Shown: piece by piece, positions 50,520 through 64,000 of the stretch
Layout of the letters: every line of letters begins with the position of its first letter
Numbering within the stretch: the first letter of the stretch is position 1
DNA from: Phoronis australis
Taxonomy: Eukaryota > Animalia > Phoronida
DNA: 64,000 nucleotides
NCBI GenBank assembly: GCA_002633005.1
Contig: NMRA01000649.1
Location: forward strand, 164,240-228,239
Reading direction: 5' to 3'
Program-made: the position numbers and the translations under genes
Notes under the pieces: generated by a model
Databases searched by the model: none
Seen by the model: the letters and a program-made list of their open reading frames with translations, nothing else
What the model was told of the DNA's origin: nothing

Positions 50520-52098
50520 TAACCCCATAAATAATCTTAAGAAAGAGTTAAACCGTTTAATTAAACTAGCTAATGTTCATAAACAGTATTTCAAAATTGT
50601 TGAGGGTGATTTTTCAGAAGGATACTTGTACGGTAACCCTAAAACACACAAGCAAGGGTACCCACTAAGACCCATCATTTCTCAAGTGTTAACCCCTACC
50701 TATGAAATTGCTAAAACATTAGATAAACTTATTAAACAATACCTACCCTATAAGTACAATGTGAAATCTCGTGATGAATTTTTAGATTTATTGAGATCTA
50801 TTGACGCAACACCAAATTCCAATCCTGTATCTCTTGACGTCGAAAGTTTATTTACTAACGTCCCTGTTGTTGAAACTGTAGAAATAATAATATCTTCTAT
50901 GTACAACCATGTATCAATGGCTCCTCCCAGTATTCCTAAAGAGGTAATTCGAGATTTGTTGTTACTTTGCACTACAAAAGTACCTTTTAGGAACATCGAT
51001 GGCAAACTGTATTTACAAACCAATGGTGTATCCATGGGATCACCTCTTGGACCAACTTTTGCTGATTTTTACATGTGCAACATTGAAGCTAAGGTTATTG
51101 ATAGTCTTCAGGAAAAGCCGAACATGTACTGCAGGTATGTTGATGATTTCTTTATGATTGTCAACCATGATAAGCTGATGGAGATCAAACTCTCTTTAGA
51201 GCAAAATTCTGTATTAAAATTCACGCATGAATTACCAGTTAACAACAAGCTACCGTTCTTAGACGTGCTTATTGATTATGATGAATCTGGCATTAAAACC
51301 TCAGTATACAGGAAACCTACATATGATGGGGTTTGTTTACATGAAACTAGCCAATGTCCTCTGAGATATAAACTCTCTGTTTTGACAAGCTTTTTGAAAA
51401 GAGCATATTCCGTTTGCTCAGACTGGAAAACCTTCAACACCGAGTGTAATCGCATTAAGCAAATTATGATAAATAACGGTTACAGCAATAAGTTTGTTGA
51501 TGAGAATGTGAAGCTTTTCATAAGCCAGTTGCAGAAGCCTATGTGTTTAAAACAAGCAAGTGGTTGTACCAAAAAACTATTCTACCGCAACCAATTCCAT
51601 TCACGTTATATTGAAGATGAACGAGTTTTAAAACGGATCATCCATAATAATGTTAAGACCGTTAAGCCAGAAGACAGCTTTAAATTAATTATATATTACC
51701 AAAACCACAAAACTAAAGATCTTGTTGTTAAAAACAATATGTGCTCAAAGTCTGTCCGAGTGTTAGCCAAAACTGACTTGATTTATCAGTTCAATTGTCC
51801 CCACAACGAATGTATTCGTTCAAACACTGATTGCTCAAGGTACGTTGGTTATACAACTTGCACTTTATCTCGCCGGTTATCTATGCACTTACAGAATGGA
51901 TCAATTAAAGATCACTTCCAAACACTCCACAAACAGAAAATTTCTCGTTCACATATTGTTGATAATACCATCGTCAGGTATTTCGAACGTGACCTCTTTC
52001 GTTTGAAAATACTTGAAGCATTAATAATAAAAACTGAAACACCTTACATAAATTCTCAAGATACTGGGTTCCATCGTACCTTGTCGTTATATAAATAA
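50518..52098 (+). CDS. PLE reverse transcriptase plus GIY-YIG endonuclease (open frame, no native start)
   Basis: YGNPKTHK.PLRPII, SLDVESLFTNVP, GVSMGSPLGP, RYVDD, LPFLDV; LIYQFNCPHNEC..YVGYT..LSRRLSMH...SIKDH..ILEAL; the frame stays open upstream to 50518. Confidence 0.93.
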
Positions 52099-52503
52099 TG
52101 CCCATAAGTTGTATCACCTATGTATTTTATTAAATTTTAATATGTTACATAGTACAGTGTACATTTAATTTAGTTTCCATGACAATTCCTTCTGTAATTG
52201 CGCTCTAATGTATGCAACCTTATATTCGTGTTTAATGTCATTGTTCTTGTTTCATTTATCTTACACGATAGCGTTTATGATTTTTTAAAATTTGTTTGCC
52301 TTTGATGACTGATGTATAGTCTAAGTACCGCTACTGTTTTATTATGATATGTTTTGTACAGAGTTTTATTATATATTTACTCATATATATGTGTTCGTGA
52401 TGCCACTTACACTGGGCGATCTATTATATCAACTACCATCTGATGAAAGACACTTGTATAGACACTACGAAAGGCAAAGAACAGCTTACTTTTTAATGCA
52501 ACA
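50518..52503 (+). mobile_element. Penelope-like retroelement, Naiad-type, 5'-truncated, with 3' pLTR
   Basis: RT-EN ORF flanked by (TA)n; 3' end carries an ORF-start-like peptide MPLTLGDLLYQLPSDERHLYRHYER/..SLLFNAT. Confidence 0.85.
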
Positions 52504-54942
52504 TATATATATATATATATATATATATCAGTGAAACGCCAGTAAAATTACCTAGTAAAAAATATATTGATGGCCTCAGAAGAATACAACAGAAACGAGA
52601 GAGTTTGTACATTGCCGTGCTTAAATATAGATTGTTACATGGCAAAGTTACTGAGTTTAATGTCCAAGTCAAAGCATCCCGACCAAATGTTACTCGCATT
52701 CAAACTGGAGATCGATGATTTACAAGTGAGAGGAAATGGAAAATCAAATATTCGATGGTGCCAGAAAAATTGTTGAAATTTGACTTTGAAAGAAACACAG
52801 AACTGTGGCTTAGGAATTCCAACTCTTGCACGTGGCCTGTGTCCTATTTTTGGGACCCCGACACTAGCTGCGAGAGTTTATACTGTGAATTTTCTGCTGT
52901 GTTCGATTGAGTTTTGATTTAATGTTGTACTAATTAATTCAACTCTAATATCATTGCTTTCTTTTCATTTTGTCATTTTGTTCATCAACCGAGACTGTAG
53001 AGTTACGATTCCAGACAGCCAGCGATTTCTCGGCAAAATTAGTCAACAAACGTGACGATATCAGTGGCAAATCTTTATACGCACGAGCGTGTGGCTCTGG
53101 GTGGATAAATCTGGCCTCTGCTATCTTTTCAGATCCACTCAGAACGACTATCGACGTCAAACGTTTTCAGCAAAACATTTTTGGGTGTTAAAGTCAGGTT
53201 ACTGTATTTTACGGAAAGACATGGCTTTTGGTTTCTGAGTGTTCTGCAATGATAATGCTAAAATTTAGCTCTTACTACGAGATTTTTTGATGCAGCTCTC
53301 CAAAAATTACTTGTAATTACGTTATGGCATAGACCCAGAAGGCCCGCTTTTATCAAGAAGTCCTGCTTTTCTATTCACTTGTCCCGTCTTTTCGCTCTCG
53401 AGTGTTGACCGTGATGACTATGCCATATGTGTTCAAAATAATATTGCCTCTTCGTTGTGAATATTGTCCACTTTCATTAGTAACATAATAATTGTAACAG
53501 GGTTTGCAAATGCCTCTTGTTTACCGCGTTAACATGCATCCCTGTGGAGGATCACTAATTTCACTTTCTGAAGAAATGGAATAATTTCTTAACTTCTATC
53601 AGGGAAGTCCTACACTGCAACCAATGTAATGATCTATCTATAATATGTTTCAAAGCTCCATGTACACAAAAGATGTTTGACCTTTGACATGGGTAGTCCC
53701 CTTTTTGTAAATATCACTGCATCCTGAATTTTCCGGAAGAATGCAATAGCAACAAACTGCGCGAAAGGTCCGATTAATATATAAAGTAGCATAATTTTGA
53801 ATGGATGCTTTCCTAAAGCAACTGAAACCTACGACCTTCATATGATAACTGAAATTATTTTCGTAGCGGTTTCACTAGTCATTTATATAACCCCTCTGGT
53901 TCATTTTCTTTTATATGTTACTATTGAACAGTAACATAAAAAGGAAATGTAATACAATCAGTAATTTTCTGCATTTTGTTAAAACTCTTGGTTTTGAAAA
54001 TTAAAAAATATATTTAAATATGGTAGGTATGCGAAATGATAATTACTTATAAATTAAATTATTCATCGTTTGTCCTCCATCTAATTCCACACTGATCGGA
54101 CCACGACCACATCAAACATAGCGAGGACAGAAGGCGAGATCATCCGATCTTGCGAAACTGTCCGAGGGCTTCGCCCTCATCTACTCTCGTCGACCCGCAG
54201 TTATACTTGATACACGTAGGGGATTTCTGGCAACGTACCGAAAACGCCTCTTAATGTTCATCCGTACGAATAAGGTGATTTCTGGATCACTGCTACATAG
54301 TGTAGGAGTGTATGAGTAACTTACGGTATGGATGTATATATCGCCACTGAAGTCAGCAAACGTCGGTTCAAGCGTTTCATCTATACTACAAGTAAATTGT
54401 TGGAGGAAACGTGTTTTAAAAATACTACTGTGAAACACCGTGAAATATACGAGACCGTTGTCAACGAAAGTTAAATAGCAATATTGTCGGTATCACCTCG
54501 TCCACTTTGGTCATTCAGGTTAATCGTGGCACATGTAATCTGAATTTGCCAACTCTGTACGAAGAAAACCAAGTCAGAAAGAAAATTTCATTGACGTCCC
54601 GGTTTTGGTTTAAAACACAAGCTTTTTAAATGAAAACTTCACCAGTTACCTCAAAAGCGATGTTAGGATTTCTTGATAAAAGTCTCTTTGTTTGGTTTCT
54701 AAGACAAATTATTTCTCAAAACATAATATATTTTTTAAACAGTACACACCATGGATTTTTGCACATTTTGAATTACCGGTGGCCACAGACTAAATGTATG
54801 ACGTAAAATTTAGCTAAACCCATGTTTATTTTGTGTAATTCGCTCTAAATTTAGATTTTTCTTTCAACTTTGCCAATTTTCACATTTCCCGCCATGTGAC
54901 GTCATAGGTTGATCACAAGAGATCAGTGACTAGCATTGAACA

Positions 54943-55170
54943 ATGGCGGAGAGCAGGGAATTTGACGACGATTATGAGCAAGAATTGAAGGAATACTATG
55001 AAAAAGTGAACGGGAATGGTGGCCAGGATGAGGAAATGAGGTTTCACGAAAGTGAGAACAAGTTTAATGTGCTTCCGGCTGCGTACTTTTCTACTTTGAG
55101 CCTTACGAACTGGATCCTCCCGCGAGAGTAGCGGCCTCGGGCTCGGCGAGTCAACCCAGTCATCCAACAG
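54943..55170 (+). pseudogene. KolX-like N-terminal remnant
   Basis: Acidic MAESREFDDDYEQE.. followed, after a frameshift, by FYFEPY; convergent with the THAP remnant. Confidence 0.4.
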
Positions 55171-55199
55171 ACGATCCTGAATTAAGAGCTGATGTTTCT

Positions 55200-55461
55200 G
55201 AATAATAAATATTGTCCTTTATTGAACCAGGCCTTCATCGTAACTTCTCCTGTGACTGGAGTCGAAACACGAGTCCTGAAAGTGGGCAGAACACAGAGTG
55301 GCCCCGGACCGAATCGCTTGGTACACGATGACGTCCCACACTCTCGTTCGGCGCACGAAGCGATGCCACTTCTGTGCAACTTTGGTGTCCTTCGGAACAC
55401 CGAGACGTTCTCCGCCTGGCTGCTGTTGCTGAAGCCTCCGGAAACTCATCTTTTGATCATT
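55200..55461 (-). pseudogene. THAP zinc-finger remnant
   Basis: MIKR*VSGGFSN..VSV/PKDTKVAQKWHRFVRRTR..W...LCSAHFQDSCF. Confidence 0.8.
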
Positions 55462-55863
55462 CTACGAACCTTCTCGACGCTAAATGTACTTTGCTTTCTC
55501 TTCACTCTATACACTTTGTCTCTGATCCGAACAGTATAGACCCTATTCACGCCGACAGGAGGCGCGTTCCAAAACGAGGCTCGCTACGATAGCTCTGTTA
55601 GCTTATCGGCATAGGAGTCTGTGTTTCAGTCCGTGTTGTTCCCCGAACGGCTAGAAAAAAATACGTACACGCTTCACAATCTCTAAAGACGTTTAAATTC
55701 GGAAGCGTTGGGTCGTTGTCATACGCCGAAGAAGCAAAATATGTCCGTGTAAAATAAATGTTTTCGAAAAGTTAGATCATATTTTGTCGCATCTCGGTCA
55801 GTTGTCAAGCATCATAGTAGCGACTAGAGAATGGGCCATCCAGGTTGTATTTTCATGACTACG

Positions 55864-56155
55864 GATTTAGGGAGGGGGGGCACTAAAATTGTATCAGATC
55901 CCATTTTTGAGTTAGGGTGCGAATTGCTGACTAGCACACGTGCGCAACCAGGGGGTCTTGGGGGGGGTGAATAAACAACGCATATAGGCGCTGAATGAAC
56001 CCTGTTTACCGATTTTTTTTAGTCAACAGGTCCGCAAACCCAAGAATTCAAGACCCCTGCATCCCCAGATTTTAGGCTGGGCGCGCGCATCTGCCGAAAT
56101 GCTGCTTATTCCTGTGCCCTGCCCCCCCTAACTCAAAATCCTGGATCCGCCCCTG
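55864..56155. mobile_element. Small GGCGGAT-box MITE, left end damaged
   Basis: gatttagggaggggggg ... ctggatccgcccctg; CTACG on both flanks. Confidence 0.45.
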
Positions 56156-58383
56156 CTACGGGTTGAAACATTATAATTTTTCTTTCCAAAAAGGACAGAG
56201 CCCTCAATCCCTCAAATTTAGGGCCCAATATCGGCCCTATTCCCCTCTCAAAAATATTGAAATATCACGCGAAATTCCCCCCACGAGGCATAAAAATTCC
56301 CCTAGTGAAAAATCTCTCTGAGTTCACATAACCTGTAACCACACAGGTGACAATTTTTAAGAGCACAAAAGGCTACTTTAAAATGAGACAGAGCCTATGA
56401 GAGCTTGCAACAGGGCGGGGGTGCTATTGATGGTGATCGGGAGGTAGACTGTTCCCGCCCTCACTCTGCGAAAAAATCGCCTCTCAGTAGGCACTAGCAC
56501 CTTTCCCCTCGGATGAACGAGGTTTCTGCAGAAACATGATAACTATGATTTCATTGTCCAGTTAACTGAAATTGAGTTCTAAAACGAGGTTACGTTTTGG
56601 ACGAACGAATTAGGTGTTTTAATTTTAAAATTCAACTTGGTCCAAATTGATACTTGAAATCTAACACATGAAATAGACGTAAGAATTATTACAACCAAGA
56701 AAGCAGAATTGATGGTCAAATAATTTTTATTTTCAATTACGAGTCTGGTTTATTAATTTAATAAAAAATATATTTAATAACATCAATTATTCTTTCAGAT
56801 CAATGACAAATCAACTGTTAGTCCCAGGGAGTGCATAGGATCAGGCTATGCTTGATTTTGATATTCTTGATCAACAAATTAAACCAGATGTGACTAATTG
56901 CACATGACAGCCACCACTGTCGAATATGTCTCCAACTCGTCAACAATACGAGCAGATGACCTGGTCCGCATAGAAAGTATTTTGATCAACAATTTACAAG
57001 AAAAAAGTAACCCTGCACTCAGCATAATACCTAATAAGTAACACTACGATCGCCGCAATTTGGTCATATTTACTTTTCATGTTTCGAACCTAGTTTTCCG
57101 AAAAAAAATAAACCCTTTCGTCAGACAACTCTTTGACGCCTTAACATGTTCTCTAATGTAATTTTCTACGTCTGTGTGGTTTAATTGTTGACACATTATT
57201 AAAATTCAATATCCAGGTTGGACTCGAAAGACCGGCTATTTAACTCGCGCAATGTCTTCTTTCGCTTTGTTTATCGCAGTGAGCCTCGCTTTGGATGTTA
57301 ATGTCCGCCGCGTGAATAGAGTCTATGGCGAACGACTTGGGTTCAACCCATGACGTTGTACATAATTATTTTTTTTTTTCAATTTTTGCGTGTTTCTTTA
57401 TAAGCTGTGCACTAAAGGCACTGAAATCAAGTAAGATATAATAATAAAATTTATTTCGAAGTACTAGAGTCATGTTGTGTACACTTTAAATAGCAGTCGT
57501 ATTCGTCTTTGTCACATTACGCAAAACTAAGCTTTCATATCGAAAATCCTAACAACGTGTTTGAGATTGATGAATAAATGTTGAGTTTGAAATTTTTCAG
57601 CAAAATCCACCGAACCGTTTTTGAGAACTCGTTTCCTTAAGTTCGAATTAAGTAGATTTGCCTAAGCCGAGAAAAAGCCCATTAAGTAATGAGCTGTGAA
57701 AATCTCAGGGTCTTCGGTAAAAACTTGTCTTCGATGATCATAGCCTATACATGCCTTAACTAAGTTCGCCACTTTAACTTGCAATGTCAACTGAATTTGC
57801 AGTTTGTAGTTAACATTGTTATTACTAAACGTTTTAGCTTCGTACGTGGGGTGTCATATACCTTGTCTGAACTATGTCAGTAGGACAAGCGAGCTTTGGA
57901 GCACACCTCGCACCGGGGAGAATATCAAGAAACCAACGGAAATGGACAATAGAAATCGAACCAGTAATTAAAACCCGTTAAGAGCACGAGATGGAAACAG
58001 CGAAATTTCAAATTACCGATGTCGGGAAGGGTTTATTTTTCAACAACTTGCAGCGTTAGTGAACAAAAGGTCACGGAGGCAGTTCAGCGACTTGGTCTCT
58101 GCGCACGTTCTCAACGGTCGCCATGGAGTACAGAAGCACAACTCCCTCAGGATAAAATCTACGTTTTATCTCAGTTCGCTTTCCCCGGCATCTATCTGCG
58201 CTATATCTACACTTCGTTGGCTCAGTACGATTCCGACTTGGTGAATGAAAGGGCTGAGGGTATATCAGTGAACTCACTCCATGACTGTCGCCAGTTGATA
58301 CGATTTGAGTGAAAGCCCCGTAAAATTTGACCTCGGATAAGCAGTAAACAAATTTCCACGCTGTTGAAGGTGGTTTTTCTTAA

Positions 58384-60312
58384 TTAATCTGAGCGTGCAA
58401 GCGCAGAGTACTGTTGTTCCTGGGTATTCTTCAATTTTATTACTCTGCGCGTGTAAGTGCAGAGTACTGTTGTTCCTGGGTTTTCTTCAATTTTATTCTT
58501 CCTCTTCTTATTCTTATTCTTCTTCCGACCAAATGTGAGGCTTAATAACTCCAAATTGGGTGCAGGTACGGTCTTTAAATTCAGCATATGACTTTTGACA
58601 GTATATAAATTTTGGTTGGTTATACACTCATATTTCATATTGCACCGGAAGAGATCGTTTGGTGCAAAGGTCGTATAATTTTCAAAATGCTACTCCTCCT
58701 TCAGTTTTAAAGCTATCTTTTCAAAATCGGTGCACAGGTAAAAGTCAACATGACAATCTAAAAAATTACTTTTTCTAAGTAATAATGTCATCCAATCAGG
58801 TGAAATAGGTCAAAGGTCATTAGGTGCAAACTAAAATTTTGAGCTACACACTTCAAATTGACAGGTCTGAATGCCATAGGTAAATCAAATCAGAATCCAA
58901 AGTTTCAGGTCATTTAGTGCAAACATGGGGTCATTAGGTGCATTTTTCTTCTCAAAAATTGACCTTTTCAATCAGCAAGTATTCTGATGTGTCAACCGTT
59001 AGACAACTGTGATTCTCAGCGTTAAACACATTTTCCATAGGCTTTGCAATAATTTTCCTAAAGATGCTTAAGGTCCATTAGTGCAAAGGTCATGTAACGT
59101 TCAAAATGTTATATGTCTTACGTTTTTTCAAGGAATTCTTTTTAATTTCAGCACACTGGTGTAAGTCAACATGCCAATTGAATACCCTACTTTACTTCGC
59201 AATAGGCCTAACCAATCAAGAAAAATAGGTCAAAGGTCATTGAGTGCAAAATAAAATTATGAGCTAGAGACTTCAGAATTACGTATCTGTTTACTAAGTG
59301 TGATTGAGTTTGAATTATCAATATTCAAGTCATTTGGTGCACCCATGGGGTCATTAGGTGCATTTTTCTTGTGAAAGTTTGACTACTTCAATCATCTTGT
59401 ATTCTGAAGTGCTTAAAGTAAAACATCTGTGATTATTAGCATTAACCATACTTTTAATCGAGTAAACAATTATTCCCTCATCGGGGCACATAAAGCACCG
59501 GAAGAGGTCAATTAGTGGAAAGGTCATCAAAAAATTAATATGTAATTTCTCCTACAATTTTAAAGAATTCCTTTTCATATTGGTAAACGGGTTACTGTCA
59601 GTAACTTCCCATCACAATTCCAGTAATACGCACGCGCAGAGTTCGTTATTGTCACACCGTGACAATAATCTTTCTAGTTCTTCTTATTCTTCTTCCGACC
59701 AACTTTGAGGCTTAATAACTCCAAATTGGGTGCAGGTACAGTCTTTAAATTCAGCATATTAGTTTTGACACGATATAAATTTTTGTTCGTTATATAATCA
59801 TATTCCATAATACACCGGAAGAGGTCATTCGGTGCAAAGGTCATGTAATTTTCAAAATGCTACTCCATTTTTATTTTAAAAGCTTTACTTTTCAAATTCG
59901 GTACACAGGTATAAGTCAATAAGGCAATTTAAAAAGTACTTTTCTAAGTAATCGGGTCATCCAATCAGGTTAAACAGCTCAAAGGTCATTAGGTGCAAAC
60001 TAAGATTTTGAGCTAGACACTTCAAATTCACATGTCTGATTGGCAAAGATAATTCAATTCGGAATCCAACGTTTCAGATCATTTAGTGCAAACATGGGGT
60101 CATTAGGTGCATTTTTCTTCTGAAAATTTGACCATTTCAATCAGCAAGTATTCGGATGTGTCAATTGTTACACAACTGTGATTCTCAGCATTAAACACAT
60201 TTTTCATGGGCTTTGCAATAATTCTCCTAAAGACGCTTATAATGCACCGGAGAGGGTCAATTAGTGCAAAGGTCACGTAACGTTCAAAATGTTATATCTC
60301 TGAGATTTTTCA
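58384..60312 (+). mobile_element. Two nested Helentron/DINE-1-like non-autonomous elements (inner copy 58436-59678)
   Basis: Subterminal inverted repeat actctgcgcgtg (58442) / cacgcgcagagt (59631); 5' stem-loop; (tct/tat) microsatellite; 3' hairpin ttattgtcac-acc-gtgacaataa followed by CTAG-T; second 5' end at 58384 and second body at 59679-60312. Confidence 0.75.
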
Positions 60313-60314
60313 AA

Positions 60315-61343
60315 TCCTCTCACGCGTTGTTAACCTTTATTACATGGTTAGAGGATGTTATAAGGATCCAAGAAGTACATGTACATACCCCATAACTAAT
60401 ACACAATCCGTACTCGAAAAAAGTTTAAGTGAACGCGCCACTCACGACTCGCACCCGAAGAACCACAGCCATTTTGAACTTGCGGTGAACCTGGAAGTAC
60501 AATTCATTCAGGAACCCGCGATCGCCAGGAACCCAGGCCGAGAAAACCCCGACAGTGCGACTGGAGCAGTGCCTGTACTGTGACCAGCCAGCAAACGACT
60601 GCGCGCCTTAATTTTAATAAAATAGAACCACGGACAATTTTATCGAATTGCTGGAGTAATGTGGCGAAAAAATTTTGACAGAATTTATTTTGCCAGACTC
60701 GGGACAGCAGCCTATCGGACCCGGTGCGGATCGAGACCAGACACTGGCGAACGGTAAATGCATGCGGTTGCAAGCTGTTTTGTCGAAGTAATATGGTCAA
60801 ATCATAAATGCTGCATATATTCAATGGTAGTTTCAGACACTTGCATGAAATTACGGGCTGGTTAGTCCTGCGTCACACTGCCGCAGCAGACCTTAGTTAG
60901 CCTCAGTCACCAGCTACCAGTGAAGACTATCGTCAAAATACAGCTTGTTAGTAGGCCTATACAGCTTTGCGCCAATGCTACCCTAAGGTCTAACTGGTCG
61001 CTGGCCACAGCGCTCGCTCAAACGAGGTTTATTTAGAACGTTGGTACTTCTGGCGAACTGTGCAAAGTTGTTGGCTTTCACTTTCCCAGATTTTGTATGA
61101 GCGCACCAAGCCTAAAAGAATGGGAGGCTGGAACTTTTGGGAATGTCTATCTTTTACTATAAGATTCAGTGGGTATGTTCAGAGCTATGAATTGCAGACT
61201 CTAAATTTTGGTACTTCCTGTCTTCTAGTGGAATATTGTCTCATTTTCTACTTTTTTCGAAATTCGTGCTTCTGTGACCGAGGCTGACCTTTTTCCAGTT
61301 CTCCAAAAAGGGGGCTCGTTCGAGCACATAAGTATGACAAGTC
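60315..61343. repeat. Inverted homologue of 30038-31852 without the MITE
   Basis: Reverse-complement similarity. Confidence 0.85.
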
Positions 61344-62139
61344 TAATACAACATGTTATCATTTTTTATTCATTAAGCCAAAATGATTCAAACTTTTAAC
61401 ATAATAACAGTTTCCATGATATGAAAGTGGACATACATGTAACTATTACCGTGGTGACGGAATAGTGTTTCCTTACACCAGAATTTGACAAGCATCATTT
61501 AAAAAATATGAAGTTGCAAGGAACAAGAATTAGAGGCTTGAAGCTTCACAATCCAACATAGCTTATTTCTTAAATTAAGGTTGTTCATATTGTTGACTTG
61601 ATAATCTGAATAAAGAAGCAATAAGTTATAAAACATGACTTGAAAGCAATTGAGAGTTAAAATTTTGAAAAATATGAATCATTTTGTGACACCGAATCAA
61701 GTCTTGAACAGCAGTTGACAGTCAAACAAAAAACCATTTCAAAATTATTTCAACTATTTTTTAGCTTACTGTAAGATCACCTGAATGGGAAATTTACAGT
61801 AAAATAATTCGAATATATCTTATATTTTTGCACAAAAAACACGAAAATTGAACAAAGTTTCTTTTTTTAGCAACGTTTGTCAAAATGTATTAAACGTTCA
61901 ATCTTCACAAATTACAAAGTAGCCGATTGAACATACCTTTCAGTTCAGCAAAAGTCGCCATGTTGTCGGTGCCGCCAGAAATGAGACGAAGTCCAAAGGG
62001 AATTGTGAGCACATTTATCACCTTATGAGTAACAATTGCGAGGCTGAAATTTGGTGAACACTGTTAAATCGCGCAGAATAGTAAGTAAAGATATGTCTAA
62101 CCATGGTCTAACTAAATTTCACCTTAATTTGTTGGCGAA

Positions 62140-62888
62140 NNNNNNNNNNNNNNNNNNNNNNNNNNNNNNNNNNNNNNNNNNNNNNNNNNNNNNNNNNNNN
62201 NNNNNNNNNNNNNNNNNNNNNNNNNNNNNNNNNNNNNNNNNNNNNNNNNNNNNNNNNNNNNNNNNNNNNNNNNNNNNNNNNNNNNNNNNNNNNNNNNNNN
62301 NNNNNNNNNNNNNNNNNNNNNNNNNNNNNNNNNNNNNNNNNNNNNNNNNNNNNNNNNNNNNNNNNNNNNNNNNNNNNNNNNNNNNNNNNNNNNNNNNNNN
62401 NNNNNNNNNNNNNNNNNNNNNNNNNNNNNNNNNNNNNNNNNNNNNNNNNNNNNNNNNNNNNNNNNNNNNNNNNNNNNNNNNNNNNNNNNNNNNNNNNNNN
62501 NNNNNNNNNNNNNNNNNNNNNNNNNNNNNNNNNNNNNNNNNNNNNNNNNNNNNNNNNNNNNNNNNNNNNNNNNNNNNNNNNNNNNNNNNNNNNNNNNNNN
62601 NNNNNNNNNNNNNNNNNNNNNNNNNNNNNNNNNNNNNNNNNNNNNNNNNNNNNNNNNNNNNNNNNNNNNNNNNNNNNNNNNNNNNNNNNNNNNNNNNNNN
62701 NNNNNNNNNNNNNNNNNNNNNNNNNNNNNNNNNNNNNNNNNNNNNNNNNNNNNNNNNNNNNNNNNNNNNNNNNNNNNNNNNNNNNNNNNNNNNNNNNNNN
62801 NNNNNNNNNNNNNNNNNNNNNNNNNNNNNNNNNNNNNNNNNNNNNNNNNNNNNNNNNNNNNNNNNNNNNNNNNNNNNNNNNNNNNNNN
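62140..62888. other. Assembly gap (N run)
   Basis: 749 N bases. Confidence 1.
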
Positions 62889-64000
62889 AGTCTGAGAAAA
62901 AATTTGTTAGAGGTCATTTGAAAGATTATACTTCAAAGAATCTACATGCAAAAAATCACGTCTTTTTCTCTTCCCGTTTAAAATCGCGCTCCAGACGACT
63001 GAAAATGGGTCAACATGCGTCATATCCGCCATCTTGAAAGTAACTTCCGGTTTTTTGGCTTTGTATAATAGCATGTTACAAGAAATTAATACCTGTAAAA
63101 ATGTGAAGGAATTGGTCTGATAATGCGCCCTCTAGAGGAGAAAACGTTTTTAAGCCAAAATCGAGGTGCGCCTGCGCGATCGCCGATATTTCCGCCATCT
63201 TTAGCCGGAAGTAAACAATTTCCGGTATACTTGTAGCAAGTTTCCAGTCCATTTACTGTGCCGATTCTTAGCCTTCTACGTAAAAAATTGTAGCCTCCAG
63301 AAGCATTTGAACCTTTAAATGGAAACAAAATGGCCGCCACAGCCGCCATCTTGGATCCGATTTTGACGAAAAACAACAGGCTTCCAGGAATTCTGGAAGT
63401 ACGTGTTATGTACATGTATAAATTTCGTTATGATCGGACCAAAATTGCGACCTGTATCGTGCGAACAAACAAAAAAAACGAGAGCGCTCGGAGGAGCGAC
63501 ACTTGGCGGAATCAATCGAAAGACGACAATGTGGAGGACGACGACAATCATGACGATCAAGGCGACAATAATGAATAACACGGTAACATTCATGTGACTA
63601 GCGAAGAAATCAAATAGAGAGCACACAATCAACTACAATAAAGAACAATAGATGACGCAACATGACGGACGAGCCATGCTTTAACGTAGGACAGTGCTGG
63701 CTGGGTCAGTCTGGGTCAACTAGGCATAACCAAAACAAAGTGAACTGAAAGCCAGCCACCCGCGCGCTTGCATAGGGACAACGGTATCCGAAAATCTCGA
63801 ATAATTCGAAAAGTAAACGTCGTAGCGCAAAATGGAAAGTATCTTCTGAAAGCCCGTTTAAATCTCTATCTAATGTGGTAGTTTGGCAAAAATCCAAAAA
63901 TATTTCGAGAAAATTGAAAATTTGCCGTTTTTTTTTTGAAATTCAAAGTCAAATAACTCGAAAACGGTAAGTCTGAGAAATGCGCTCTCGCAGACTTTTT

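Larger units (their letters stand above)
54739..57485. mobile_element. Kolobok-like non-autonomous element
   Basis: ttaa|acagtacacaccatg ... catgttgtgtacact|ttaa; contains convergent THAP and acidic YFEP (KolX-like) remnants. Confidence 0.65.

Noticed and set aside
52439-52480. Hammerhead core ctgatga...cgaaa
   Set aside because: No convincing stem II; better explained as coding sequence (SDER..YER) of the PLE ORF start.
62051-63037. Long ORFs of 328 and 269 aa
   Set aside because: Artefacts of the N gap.
62889-64000. Repeat-like region with a terminal hairpin (aagtctgaga..tctcgcagactt)
   Set aside because: Probably another non-autonomous element, but it is bounded by the gap and the window end, so it cannot be classified.

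Overview
This is AT-rich, intron-bearing, transposon-saturated DNA typical of an invertebrate animal genome. It is not prokaryotic: I see no operons, rRNA or CRISPR arrays, and most short ORFs in the six-frame track are noise. DNA transposons: a Ginger-like element (1804-9091; TGT..ACA ends, CTAG target duplication); an integrase-family element with TGA..TCA ends, a 6-bp TSD and OTU plus F-box-like cargo (10131-16071); two copies of a 5-bp-TSD MITE carrying a tRNA-like segment; and IS3EU-, Kolobok-, Helentron-, Tc1/mariner- and Crypton-like relics. Retroelements: a fused block of GalEa-type Copia, DIRS/Ngaro-type tyrosine-recombinase element and PHD-finger-bearing Gypsy (38.2-47.2 kb), and a 5'-truncated Naiad-type Penelope-like element in (TA)n. 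Candidate host sequence: an open TIR-domain exon (17586-18035), with decayed Death-domain-like and OTU exons downstream on the same strand. An unidentified decayed ORF occurs in three pieces, and there is an assembly gap at 62140-62888. All family calls come from motif recognition by eye; no searches were run.
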